A stretch of DNA of 64,000 bases, taken from positions 2,410 to 66,409 of the forward strand of contig CAVXYG010000001.1 of the NCBI GenBank assembly GCA_963766005.1. Direction: 5' to 3'. The translations under genes were made by a program, and so were the position numbers. The notes below the pieces were generated by a model. The model was given only the letters and a program-made list of their open reading frames with translations. It was not told where the DNA came from and made no database searches. Source of the stretch: an uncultured Actinomycetota bacterium (GTDB lineage Bacteria > Actinomycetota > Actinomycetes > S36-B12 > GCA-2699445). Below, in pieces: positions 40,403 to 51,424 of this stretch. Each line of letters begins with the position of its first letter. Position 1 is the stretch's first letter.

Positions 40403-43139
40403 CTAGACATCGGCCAGCCGGCGGGCCTCGGTGTCGATGCGCAGATCCGGGACCCGGACCCAGACCGCGGCTCCGAGCACGCTCACCGACCGCGGGGACA
40501 CCACCACCGGGTCAAGGTTGACGCGGACCAGCGAGGGCAGGTCCTCGGCCATCCGACCCAGCCGGATCAGCAGGTCCTCCGCCTGGGCGACATCGACCGG
40601 CGGGTTCCCGCCGTAGCCGAACAGGACCGGCGACGCACGCGGCGCGCGGACCAGCGCGGCGGCGTCGAGATCGGTGATCGGCGGAACCCGGAAGGCCTTG
40701 TCCACCAGCAGGTCCGGCACGACGCCGCCGATGCTGAACGACACCACGGGCCCGAACAGCGGATCCTCCACCGTCGACAGCACGCAGGGCACACCGGCCG
40801 GCGCCATCCGCTGCACGACCACCTGTGCCATCGATGTTCCGTCGAGCTGAGCGCTCATCGACAGGTACGCGGCGCGCAGGGCGGACTCCGATTCCAGGTT
40901 CAGCCGAACCCCGCCCATCTCCATGCGGCGCGCCAGCCGCGGATCGATCGTCTTCAGCGCCACCGGCCAACCGACCCGATCGGCGAAGGCGACCGCCTCG
41001 TCCTCGCTGGCGACCGGCAGCGCCGGCCAGACGTTGATCCCGTAGCGGTTCAGCAGCTTTGCCACCGCGGGCGCGGAGAGCCGGACAGTCTGCCGCTGCG
41101 ACGGCGCGCGGTCCCACTGCCGGGCCAGAGCCTGCTCCACGATGGCGCGCCCAGCCTCGGTGTCGACGTCCGGGAGCTCGGGCACCTCGCCTCGGGGGCG
41201 GTTCAGCCAGCTCCGGTAGCCGGCGACATGGCCCAAGGTGTGCAGCGCGTCCTCCACCGTGCCGAACACCGGTACCGATCCCCGGGCGGCGGCCCGATCC
41301 GGCCCGTCCTGCACCAGGATCTTGCGGTCCTCGCTGAAGGAGAGCACGGCAACGACCGGGACCGTCGCCTGAGCGCTGGCCTGGAGCAACACCTCGGACA
41401 CGTCCGGCGGCGCCTCCACGCCGGGCGGGGAGTTGATCACGAGGACGGCGTCGACGCCGGGGTCGCGCAGTGCGTCCTGCAGCGCGCCGCGCAGCTGTCC
41501 GAGCGGATCGGTGAGGATGGTCCCCTCCCCGACCGGCTGCAGCCCGAACCCGCTGGCCGAGTCCACCGCGATGGTGGCCAACTCCACCGAGTCGCTGATG
41601 ACCGCCACCCGGTTGCCGCGCGGCAGCGGTTGGCAGGACAGCAGGCCGCAGACGTCCAGCATGCCGTCCAGCGAGTCCACCTCGATGAAGCCCGCCTGCT
41701 CGAACAGCTGCTGCACGCCGTGCGAGGGCAGCGTGGTGCGGCGCACCTTCGGCCCCAGCGGAAAGGCCTGGCTCACCCGTCCGGCGCGCAGGGCCACGAT
41801 CGGGGTCCGGCGGGCGACATCGCGGGCGACGCGGATGGCTTTGCTCGGATTCGCGATGCCGTCGAGGTAGAGCGCGATCACACCGGTGGCGTGGTCGTCG
41901 GCCCAGTAGTGCAGGGCGTCCGGGCTGGAGACGTCGGCCCGGTTGCCCACGGACAGGAACGACGACAGTCCGAGCGAACGCTGCCGGAAGCGCTCCAGGA
42001 TGACCGTGCCGATCGCCGCCGACTGGCAGAAGACCCCGATCCTGCCCCGCAAGGACTGCTCCTTGGTCAGGGCCGCGTGCAGTCGAACCCGGGAGTCGGT
42101 GTTGATGATGCCCAGCGCGTTCGGCCCCACCAGTCGCATCCCGGCGCCGCGGACGTTCGCGACGAGTTCGCGCTGCCGCTGGACCCCCTCTCGCCCGGCC
42201 TCGGCAAAGCCGGAGGAGATGACGACCAGGCCGTGGACGCCGGCGGCAGCGGCGTCGTCGATCACGCGCTCCACGGCGTCGGCCGGCACCGCGATGACGG
42301 CCAGGTCCACCGCACCGGGGGCGTCCCGCAACGTCGGGTAGGCAGGGACCCCGGCAACCTCGTCGGCGGCCGGGTGGATCGCGAGGAGCCGACCGGTGAA
42401 GCCGCCCTCCGCGCAGCGCACTGCAGCAACTGGTTGCCCATGGAGTCCTTGCGCCGCGACGCCCCGATCACGGCCACGGAGGAGGGCCGGAACAGCCGCG
42501 CGATCGATTTGGCCTCGGCGCGCTGCTCCCGGCTTCGCGCTACGGCGCGCATGGCGTCGGTGGGCTCGATGTCGAAGGCGAGCCGGACGACGCCCTCCTC
42601 CATCTCCTGCGCCACCGTGTAGCCGGCCACGGCGAAGGTTCCCAGCATCTTGCGGTTGCCGGGGAGCACCTCCGCGACGAAGCGGTCCACACCTCGCTCG
42701 CGGGCCGCCGCGGCCAGGTGCTCCAGCAGCACCGACCCCAATCCCCGGCCCTGATGGTCGTCGCGGACCGTGAAGGCGACCTCGGCCTCGGCATCGCTGA
42801 CGCGGTCGTAGCGGCCGACGCCGATGATCTCGTCACCGACGGTGGCAACGATGGCCACCCGCTTGTCGTGGTCCACCTCGGTGAACCGCCGCACGTCCCG
42901 GTCGGTGAGCTCCGGGTACGGGGCGAAGATAGCGGTAGTAGATGGTCTCGGCGGACAGCTGCCCGTGGAAGTCGCGCAGCCGCTGGGCGTCGGCGGGGCT
43001 GATCGGCCGCATGTGGCACGTGCTGCCGTCGCGCAGCACGACGTCGGCCTCCCAGTGCTCGGGGTAGTCGGCCGCCTCCTCGGCCTCGATCCGGCACTGC
43101 GGCCGGTGCGCTGGCGCTATCGCTGTCCACGCTTGACAC
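40403..43139 (-). pseudogene. Pat-like bifunctional GNAT acetyltransferase / NDP-forming acyl-CoA synthetase family protein, split over 3-4 frames as sequenced
   Basis: The pieces join by sequence logic. YPEHWEADVVLRDGSTCHMRPISPADAQRLRDFHGQLSAETIYYRY is in the frame of ORF 42833..43834. FAPYPELTDRDVRRFTEVDHDK...GNAT...SVAVIGASRRKDSMGNQLLQ is in ORF 42262..42894. EGGFTGRLLAIHP...CoA-ligase/ATP-grasp is in ORF 40403..42421. The shifts fall at ~42930 and ~42418, with a possible third at ~43090. Confidence 0.75.
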
Positions 43140-43252
43140 GCTAGTTGTTCGCACCGCCGATCGCCCCGTGTCTCGGCGCCCGGGAGCGCGGGCGCCCTGG
43201 AATAGCATGGCCGAAGCCAGGTTCCGCCGTTCACGTCCCTCGAGGAGTCGCC

Positions 43253-45702
43253 ATGGCCCGCCGCCGCGGCCCGGACCAGCCCCGCCCGCCGCAACCGGAG
43301 CACATCGTCGACATCGATGTCAGCGACGAGATGCGGCAGTCGTTCCTGGAGTACGCCTACTCGGTGATCTTCTCCCGCGCCCTGCCCGACGCCCGCGACG
43401 GGCTGAAGCCGGTGCAGCGGCGGATCCTGTTCCAGATGGCGCAGATGGGCCTGCGCCCCGACCGCGGCCACGTGAAGAGCGCCCGCGTTGTGGGCGAGGT
43501 GATGGGCCGCCTGCACCCGCACGGCGACAGCGCCATCTACGACGCGCTGGTGCGGATGAGCCAGCCGTTCTCGCTGCGGCTGCCGATGGTGGACGGGCAC
43601 GGCAACTTCGGGTCGCTGGACGACGGGCCGGCGGCGATGCGCTACACCGAGTGCCGGCTGGCCTCCCCCGCGCTGGACATGACCGCCTCGCTGGATGAGG
43701 ACGTCGTCGACTTCCTGCCGAACTACGACGGCCGGGAGACGGAGCCGAGCGTCCTGCCCGCGGCGCTGCCGAACCTCCTGGTGAACGGGGCCGCGGGGAT
43801 CGCCGTCGGCATGGCGACGAACATGCCGCCGCACAACCTCGGCGAGGTCGATCGCCGCGGCTCGTCATCTGCTGGACCATCCCGACGCGGACACCGCCGC
43901 GCTGATGCGATTCGTGCCCGGCCCGGATCTGCCCGGCGGCGGTATCGATCGTGGGCCTCGACTGGGATCCGCGATGCCTTCGAGACCGGCCGGGGCAGCT
44001 TCCGGATGCGATCCACGGCCCGCATCGAGCAGTTGACGCCGCGCCGCAAGGGCATCGTCGTGACGGAGTTGCCCTACAACGTGGGCCCGGAACGCGTCAT
44101 CGAGCGCATCAAGGCGCTGGTGCAGAGCAAGAAGCTGCAGGGCATCGCCGACCTGGTCGACCTGACCGACGGCGAGCACGGCCTGCGGCTGGAGCTCGCC
44201 GTCAAGACCGGCTTCCACGCCGAGGCGGTGCTGGCCGAGCTGTACCGGCTGACGCCGATGGAGGAGCAGTTCTCGGTCAACAACGTGACGCTGGTGGAGG
44301 GCCAGCCGCGGGTCCTGGGCGCTGAAGGCGCTGCTGGAGGTGTTCCTCGACCACCGGATGGACGTGGTGCGGCGGCGCTCGCAGTACCGCCGCGACCGCG
44401 CCGCAGAGCGGCTGCACCTCGTCGACGGCCTGCTCATCGCGATCCTCGACATCGACGAGGTGATCGCCATCGTCCGCGGCAGCGACGATGCCGCGATCGC
44501 GCGCGAGCGGCTGATGCTGGCGTTCGACCTGTCGCAGGACCAGGCCAACTACATCCTCGACATGCCGCTGCGCCGGCTGACGAAGTTCTCCCGTATCGAG
44601 CTGGAGACCGAGCGCGACGAGCTGCGGGCCGCGATCGAGGACCTCGAGGACATCCTGGCCAACGAGGCCCGGCTGCGGGCGGTCGTCTCCGCGGAGCTCG
44701 CCGACGCGGCCGCGCGCCACGCCACGCCCCGGCGCACCGTCCTGCTGGAGTCGGAGCGCTCCGTGGCGACGCCGGCCGCGGTTCCTCTGGAGGTCTCCGA
44801 CGACCCCTGCTGGGTGCTGCTCAGCGGGTCGGGGCTGTTGGCGCGGACCGTTTCCGACGACGTGCTACCGCACCGAGGGGAGCGCGCCGCGCACGATGTG
44901 CTGGTCTCGGCGGTGCCGGCGACGGCGCGCGGGGTCGGTGGCACTGGTGACCAGCGACGGCATGGCCCGCCGATTGTCGGTAGTGGAACTGCCGACGATC
45001 GTCACCACTGCGCAGCGCCCGAACCTGTCCGGCGGAGCGCCGCTGGGAGCCCTGCTGGAACTGCCGCAAGGCGTTCGCGCAGTGGGACTGCTGCCCCTGG
45101 ACGGCAAGACCGGGCTGGTGCTGGGCACGCGCCGAGGGGTGGTGAAGCGCGTCGTCGCCGATGCACCGGCCAGTCGCGAGGCCTGGGAGCTCATCTCCCT
45201 GGCCGCCGGCGATGCGGTGGTCGGCGCCGCCGCGTCCGTTCCCGACGACGGCCGCGACCTGGTGTTCATCACCGACGCTGCGCAACTGCTGCGCTTCGAA
45301 GGCGCTGCCGTGCGCGCCCAGGGCCGGGCCGCCGCCGGCGTCGCCGGCGTGAAGCTGCCGGACTCGGCCGCCGTGGTGGCCTTCGGTGCCGTCGCCCCAG
45401 CCGCTGACGACGCCCATGTGGTGACCGTGGCCGGGTCAGGTGCCGCGCTGCCCGGCACGGAGCCGGGCCTGGTCAAGGTCACGCCGCTGTCGATGTACCC
45501 CTCGAAGGGTCGCGCGACCGGAGGGGTACGGTGCATGCGCTTCACGAAAGGCGTCGATCGCCTCGTCTTCGCCGCAGTGGTGCCTGGGGCACCGATCGCT
45601 GCAGCTTCGAGCGGGTCCCCGATCGACCTGCCGGCTGTGGACCAGCGCCGCGATGGGCCGGGTGCCCCGCTGGCGGTACCGATCGGCGCGGTGGGGGTGT
45701 GA
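43253..45702 (+). pseudogene. parC: DNA topoisomerase IV subunit A (GyrA/ParC family), with five apparent single-base insertions as sequenced
   Basis: ATG at 43253 follows GAGGAG. ...[14 protein letters not shown]..., HPHGD and AAMRYTE motifs lie in the frame of ORF 43145. The frames change at ~43850, ~43947, ~43963, ~44321 and ~44937, passing through ORFs 44340..45407 and 44896..45702. Confidence 0.85.
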
Positions 45703-46511
45703 CACCGTTCTGCTCGCAGTCGTCGGTCGCCGAACCGCTGGCGGGCAGCGCGCCGACCCAGGCCCGTTGGCTGTTCGTGGAGGCTCCGGGTCGGTGGGGT
45801 CGCGAGGCGTTGGACTGCTGCTCCTTGCCCGAGCAGCAGCGTCTCGCGCTGGCCGCACTGCCGCCGGGTTGGCGCGTTGTCCTGGTGCGTCGGCCCGACC
45901 GGCCGCTGCGCGCGCAGCGGGACCGCACCGTCTGGCTCAGCGGGCCGGGCGGCGATGCCCGACGATGGCGGCTCCCACTGGACGCGCCGGTGCTGCCCCA
46001 CACGTTGCCGGGACCGGGCATGGCAGTTGTGCATCCGGAACTCTTCGTCTGCACGAACGGAGCCCGCGACCGGTGCTGCGCACTGGCCGGCCGGGCCGTG
46101 TTCGACCTCGTGGCAGCATCGGGAGCCTGGGAGTGCTCGCACCTCGGCGGACACCGCTTCGCCCCCACGGCCGTCCGGTTGCCCGACCTGCTGGTGTTCG
46201 GACGGTTGGACGGGTCCACGAGCGCTGCGGCGATGGCCGGCGACACGCCGATGGACGCCGTGCGCGGCCCAGCAGGCTGGCCCGCCGCGGTGCAGGCCGC
46301 TGCCGTTGCCGTATGGCGACGGCACGGCGTCGTGCCGCTCGAGGCTGCGGAGGTCCGCGGCGACCTCGTCACCGTCCGGCTGGCGGACAGGTCGGCATGG
46401 CGCGTCCCTGTGGAGCAGATCCCGGTGCCCGAACGCGTGGTCTCCTGCGGGGACGAGCCGACGGCCGGACAGGCGCTGCGAGCCGGCACGCCGATGCCGG
46501 TCGGACCATGA
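45699..46511 (+). CDS. Sucrase/ferredoxin-like (thioredoxin-like [2Fe-2S]) family protein
   Basis: GTG at 45699 forms a GTGA overlap with the parC stop. It is the tail of track ORF 45531..46511 and contains FVCTNGARDRCCALAGR...CSHLGGHRFAP. Confidence 0.75.
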   Translation: MTPFCSQSSVAEPLAGSAPTQARWLFVEAPGRWGREALDCCSLPEQQRLALAALPPGWRVVLVRRPDRPLRAQRDRTVWLSGPGGDARRWRLPLDAPVLPHTLPGPGMAVVHPELFVCTNGARDRCCALAGRAVFDLVAASGAWECSHLGGHRFAPTAVRLPDLLVFGRLDGSTSAAAMAGDTPMDAVRGPAGWPAAVQAAAVAVWRRHGVVPLEAAEVRGDLVTVRLADRSAWRVPVEQIPVPERVVSCGDEPTAGQALRAGTPMPVGP

Positions 46512-46638
46512 CAGGGTGCCGCCGGGTCGGCGCTGAGGCCCGGGCATCGGATGCGGCGCTGATGGCTGCGGCGCGCGGGCAGGGGCGCACCGCAGCGGGG
46601 ACGCGGGATAGATTGCTGCCGGCAGCGAAGGAGCCCCC

Positions 46639-47028
46639 ATGTCGTACGCGTTGAAGATCACCACCGACCTCTCCCCCGCCGAGGCAGAGGAGCGGGTCCG
46701 TCGAGCCCTCAGCGACGAGGGGTTCGGCATCATCACCGAGATCGACATGGCCGCGACGCTGAAGGCCAAGCTGGACAAGGACATGCCCCCGTACAAGATC
46801 CTCGGTGCCTGCCGACCGCCGCTCGCGGCCGCCGCGGTGGCTGCCGAGCCCGATATCGGGCTGCTGCTGCCGTGCAACGTCGTGGTGTACGAACTCAACG
46901 GCCGGACCGTGGTGGCCGCGCTGGACCCGCACGCGATGCTGCGAATGGCCCAGGCCGATGGGATCGACGACATCGCCGAGGACGCGAAGCGTCGGGTGGA
47001 GCGGGCACTGGCCGCGGTCGTGGCCTGA
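46639..47028 (+). CDS. DUF302 domain protein
   Basis: Track ORF contains GFGIITEIDMAATLKAKL...YKILGACRP...LLPCNVVVYE. Confidence 0.8.
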   Translation: MSYALKITTDLSPAEAEERVRRALSDEGFGIITEIDMAATLKAKLDKDMPPYKILGACRPPLAAAAVAAEPDIGLLLPCNVVVYELNGRTVVAALDPHAMLRMAQADGIDDIAEDAKRRVERALAAVVA

Positions 47029-47110
47029 GGCTTCGCGGCCGGCGAGGTCCGCGCTCCGCGCCGGCGGCGTTCAGCCCCGGCGCCGGCACCAACGTCCTGG
47101 CCGGGTACCG

Positions 47111-47518
47111 CTAGCCGGCGCGCCGCTCCCCCGGGCGCGCCGTCCGAAACGGCAGCGACCAGTCCTCCTCGGTCCGCCCACCGATCACCAGCCGCCACTC
47201 GTAGCCGGTATCCGCATCGAGCTGCATGGGGGTGACTGCCATCACCAGGGGCACGGTGATCGGCGTCCCGGGGCGCAGGCCGGACGGTCGACCGACCTCG
47301 AAAGCGCCACCGGCCTCGCCGACCCGTCGACCATCCTCGGAGACGAGCTGCAACTGGTACTCGAAGCGGATATTGGTCTGATCCCAGGGAACGGCGACGA
47401 GGATCGCCACCGCGTGCGGCGGCGTCGGCGTCCCGCACACGTCCCAGCCCGCCCCGTTGATGAACAGCTTGTTGTCCGCGACCTGGGCGTGGTCGCACAG
47501 CATCATCGACACCTTCAT
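47111..47518 (-). CDS. Hypothetical protein (135 aa)
   Basis: Uses the internal ATG at 47518 of track ORF 47111..47686. Sequence MKVSMMLCDHAQVADNKLFINGAGWD.... No family assigned with confidence. Confidence 0.6.
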   Translation of the reverse strand: MKVSMMLCDHAQVADNKLFINGAGWDVCGTPTPPHAVAILVAVPWDQTNIRFEYQLQLVSEDGRRVGEAGGAFEVGRPSGLRPGTPITVPLVMAVTPMQLDADTGYEWRLVIGGRTEEDWSLPFRTARPGERRAG

Positions 47519-47664
47519 CGCGCTCCCTGCATGAGCACCATCATGCCTACTGCCGCGCGCGGCCCGGAGGACGACGCGCTCCGCGAGCCGCCGTGGCGCG
47601 GACGCCAGACCGGCGAAGAGCGCGTCGCCGGACAACCCGCGCCCGGACTTGGCAGTATCGCGGT

Positions 47665-49059
47665 ATGCCGGAACGCCTATCAGCACTCGACGCCTCCTTC
47701 CTCCTCATCGAGAAGCGCCACCGCCCGATGCACGTCGGCGGACTGCTCCTCCTGGATCCCGGGCCCGACGGCTTCGACGTAGACCGGATGCTCGCGCTGA
47801 TGCAGGAGCGGCTCCACCTGATCCCGCGCTATCGGCAGAAGGTGCGATTCGTTCCCGGCTACCTCGCCAATCCCGTCTGGGTGGACGATCCGTCGTTCCA
47901 GCTGAGCTACCACGTGCAGCACGTCTCGCTGCCGAGGCCCGGTCGCGAGGATCAGCTGTGGGAGTTGGCCGGACGCGTGTTCTCCCGCAGTCTGGACCGC
48001 AGCCGGCCGCTCTGGGAGGGTTACCTCATCGACGGCCTCGAGGATGGTCGGGTCGCGCTGCTCATGAAGTCGCACCACTGCATGGTCGACGGCATCAGCG
48101 CGGTGGAGATGCTCACGACCCTGGTCGATCCCACGCCCGACCCGCGGCGGACAGATGCCCAGCCCTGGCAGCCGGATCCCGAGCCCAGCGATGCCGAGTT
48201 GCTGAAGTCCGGCGTCCTCGAGCGGGCCCAGCAGCCGCTGCAGCTGGCGGTGGCGATGAAGGACTGGGTGGCGAACCTCTCCGGCACCGCCAGGACCGCG
48301 GCGGCCACGGCCGTCGGGCTGGCAGCCACCGGGAAGAAGCTGCCGCAGCGGATTGCACAGACGCCGCTGACGACGCCGAGCACGGAGTGGCGGCGATACC
48401 GGGGGCTGCCGCAGCCGCTGGAGGACTACAAGGCGGTGAAGAACCAACTGGGAGGCACGATCAACGACGTCGTGCTGGCGGTGGTGGCCGGTGCACTGCG
48501 GTCGTGGCTGCTCAGCCGCGGCGAGGATCTGGATCCAGACCTGACTCTTCGCGTCATGGCGCCGGCGTCGATGCGCAAGCCGGAGGAGATGGGGTCCGGC
48601 GGCAACCTGGTCTCGGCGATGTTCACCGACGTGCCGGTGGGCGAGCCGGATCCGAAGCGCCGCTACGAGATGATCCAGGCGCAAACCCGGCGGATCAAGC
48701 AGACCGGCGAGGCCGTGGCCGCCGGGGCGCTGATGCCGGCGGCGGACTTCATCGCCCCGAATCTGTTCGCGATCGCGGCGCGTTCGGCCATGCACGCCGA
48801 CGTCCTGCACACCGTGGTGACCAACGTGCCGGGGCCGCAGTTCCCGCTCTACGTCAACGGTGCCACCATCACGCACATGTTCCCCTTCGTCACCACCTTC
48901 CCCAACCGTGCCCTCACCAACGCGGTGCTGTCGTACAACGGTCAGATGTGCTGGGGCGTGACCGCGGAACGGGATGCGATGTACGACCTCGCTTCATACA
49001 CCGACTTCCTGGACGCATCCCTGACGGAACTGCTGGAGGTCGCTGCAGCGACCACCTGA
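47665..49059 (+). CDS. Wax ester synthase / diacylglycerol acyltransferase (WS/DGAT) family protein
   Basis: Uses the ATG at 47665 inside track ORF 47593..49059. The HHCMVDG catalytic motif and the NVPGP motif are present. Confidence 0.88.
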   Translation: MPERLSALDASFLLIEKRHRPMHVGGLLLLDPGPDGFDVDRMLALMQERLHLIPRYRQKVRFVPGYLANPVWVDDPSFQLSYHVQHVSLPRPGREDQLWELAGRVFSRSLDRSRPLWEGYLIDGLEDGRVALLMKSHHCMVDGISAVEMLTTLVDPTPDPRRTDAQPWQPDPEPSDAELLKSGVLERAQQPLQLAVAMKDWVANLSGTARTAAATAVGLAATGKKLPQRIAQTPLTTPSTEWRRYRGLPQPLEDYKAVKNQLGGTINDVVLAVVAGALRSWLLSRGEDLDPDLTLRVMAPASMRKPEEMGSGGNLVSAMFTDVPVGEPDPKRRYEMIQAQTRRIKQTGEAVAAGALMPAADFIAPNLFAIAARSAMHADVLHTVVTNVPGPQFPLYVNGATITHMFPFVTTFPNRALTNAVLSYNGQMCWGVTAERDAMYDLASYTDFLDASLTELLEVAAATT

Positions 49060-49341
49060 TGCGGCACCGCCGGGAGCCGCAAGGGGATGTCGGCCGTGGT
49101 GAGCCGGGCGGCTTCCGGCCAGACGCCACGCCGACCGGCGGTCTGGCGGCACCTGCCTGGCAGACGGGACCAGAGAGGGCGACCCAGCACGACCTGCGTC
49201 CGCGACCTGCTGGGTCGCGGCGGGGCGACACCCGCTCTTCGCGACCGGCGTCGATGCAGCCTCGCGGAGCGGCCGCGGCCCGGATGGCAGGCAGGCGGGA
49301 CGGGTGATGGGCCCGGCACCGCCGATTGCGACCATTGGCCC

Positions 49342-50109
49342 ATGACGCAACCGACTGCGGCTCGGCACCGGGGAACGCGGTTGGCCGTGCCGCAGCAACA
49401 TGGTGCATGGGCCTTCCTGGCGGTGCCGCTGCTGCTGGGGTTGGCCCTGGCGGGGCCGACCCCGATCGGAGTGCTGTTCTGCAGCGCATGGGTCGCGGCC
49501 TACCCCGCCAGCTGGTACCTCGGGCGTGCCGTGGTCATCCGGTGGCGCCGTGGCAGCTGGAGCCGGCTGGCGCAACGGGAGCTGCGCAACGCCGTGCCCT
49601 GGATGGTCGCGGCCGCAGCCATGGCTCTGGTGCTGCTGTGGGCGCGCCCGTGGCTCGCCGCGGTGCTCCCGCCGCTGCTGGTGGCCTGGGTCGCCAGCCT
49701 GCGACTGATGCGGGCCGGCCACGAGCGCGGGGCGACCAACGACCTGCTGCTGGTGGTGCAGGCCGCACTTGCCGTTCCGCTGCTGTGGGCGGTCACCATC
49801 GACGGCTGGCCGCCGGCCGACGCTTGGACGGCAGCCGGGATCTGCGCGGTGTTCTTCACAGGATCGGTGCTGCACGTGAAGTCACTCATCCGCGAGGCCG
49901 ACGATCGGCGCTGGGCTGTCGGCTCGAGGGCGTTCGCGGTTGCTTCGCTGGCATTGGGGCTGGCCTCGCCCTGGCTCCTGCTGCCCTTCGGCGCGGCAGC
50001 AGTGCGGGCCTTCATCGTCCCGGCGGGGACCAGACCGGCCCTGATCGGTGCGGCGGAAACCGTGGTGTCGATCCTCGTCGTCGTCGGCGGAGTGCTCGCC
50101 CTCGGCTGA
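49342..50109 (+). CDS. YwiC-like membrane protein
   Basis: Uses the ATG at 49342 inside track ORF 49087..50109. Contains QQHGAWAFLAVPLLLG and multiple TM segments. Confidence 0.7.
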   Translation: MTQPTAARHRGTRLAVPQQHGAWAFLAVPLLLGLALAGPTPIGVLFCSAWVAAYPASWYLGRAVVIRWRRGSWSRLAQRELRNAVPWMVAAAAMALVLLWARPWLAAVLPPLLVAWVASLRLMRAGHERGATNDLLLVVQAALAVPLLWAVTIDGWPPADAWTAAGICAVFFTGSVLHVKSLIREADDRRWAVGSRAFAVASLALGLASPWLLLPFGAAAVRAFIVPAGTRPALIGAAETVVSILVVVGGVLALG

Positions 50110-50188
50110 GGCGCCGGGCCCGACCCAGTCGCCGGGCTGCCTGCCCCGACAGCAGCGCGGAGCTCATCCGGCCGGATCCGCGGACCAA

Positions 50189-51250
50189 CTACGGCACGAC
50201 CACCGCTGCGTAGTACAGCCCGGCCGCCACGCCGTCGGTGGCGTCCAGATCGTCCGCGGCATCCTGGTGCGCGAACACGACCGTGGCACCGCCGACGATC
50301 GCGGAGCGGACCAGGTCTTCCAGCGCATCGGAGATCTCCAGGTGCGAGCTGATCACGACCTCCCGCACGACGCGCGAGGAGAGCGCATCGATCACCGCCT
50401 GCATGCCGAACACCGCCCTGCCCCGGGCAGCCGCCGCGTGCAGCTCGGCGACCACGGCACGGTCGGCATCGGTCTCGGCCTGCTCGGCCACCGCCGACAC
50501 CCGCTGGAGCAGGTCGTTGTCGGCGATGTCCACCGGGCAGGGGATCACGCCGAGGAGGGCGCGCGTGGCACGGGCCCCCAGGGCCCGAGCCACGCCGTGG
50601 GCCTCCACCGCGTTGCCCCCGAGCACGAGACGGTCCACCTCGGGGAACTGCTCCAGGAATCGGTCGGCCTGCTCGGCGATCGAGCGCTGGTGCTTGGCCT
50701 GGTACTCCTCCCGGCGCGACTCGAAACGGAACTGATGGCGGGAGCGGGTCGGCCCCGGCTCACCCCAGCGGTTGTCGACCTGCAGCGCCACCAGGTCGTC
50801 GACGAAGCCCAGCGCCCCGACCAGCAGCCGCGCAGTCTCCCCGTCCACGAGCAGCATCCCGTAGAGCCGGTGCTCACTGACCGCCCTGGACAACTCCGCG
50901 ACCGCCGGCCGCCCGTAGGCCGACCGCTGGGCGAGACGTATCGGCAACTCGATGTCGATGACCCGGTCCGGGCTCGCCACGAGCACCAGCGTGCGACCGC
51001 CGGGGTGGTAGGCGGCCATCCACTGCTCGACGGCGGCGCGCGTCTGCGCGAAGCGCTCCGCTTCTGCCTCCTCGACGTTTCGGGCGATCTCGTGCAGATC
51101 GTTGCGGAGCTGGACCTCCCAGGACCGGCTGCCGACGTCGCGGTGATTGGCCGGGTCCGTGGTGTCCACGGGCAGGTAGAGGGTCAGGACCGGATCGACG
51201 CCGGCGGCATCGAGCAATTCGCGCAGGTCGTTGGTATCGAGCAGGATCAT
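50189..51250 (-). CDS. Bacterial aeRF1-like protein (baeRF / VLRF1-type release-factor fold)
   Basis: Uses the internal ATG at 51250 (GGAGGA RBS) of track ORF 50189..51388. Has an N-terminal VLTLYLPVD... segment. The C-terminal ARGRAVFGMQAVIDALSSRVVREVVIS resembles eRF1/Pelota domain 3. Confidence 0.55.
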   Translation of the reverse strand: MILLDTNDLRELLDAAGVDPVLTLYLPVDTTDPANHRDVGSRSWEVQLRNDLHEIARNVEEAEAERFAQTRAAVEQWMAAYHPGGRTLVLVASPDRVIDIELPIRLAQRSAYGRPAVAELSRAVSEHRLYGMLLVDGETARLLVGALGFVDDLVALQVDNRWGEPGPTRSRHQFRFESRREEYQAKHQRSIAEQADRFLEQFPEVDRLVLGGNAVEAHGVARALGARATRALLGVIPCPVDIADNDLLQRVSAVAEQAETDADRAVVAELHAAAARGRAVFGMQAVIDALSSRVVREVVISSHLEISDALEDLVRSAIVGGATVVFAHQDAADDLDATDGVAAGLYYAAVVVP

Positions 51251-51424
51251 GGATTCCTCCGCTGGTCGTGCGAGCAGCCTACGGCGCGACCTGCTGCCGC
51301 GCCCGTCATCGGCGCAGTGCTGAGGTGGAAGCGGCGGACCGCCGGCACTGCGGATGCTCGCGGCCCTGTCCACACCGGCGCCCAGCATCTACCCTGGCCA
51401 AGGTGAACACGAGGTGTTGTCGCG

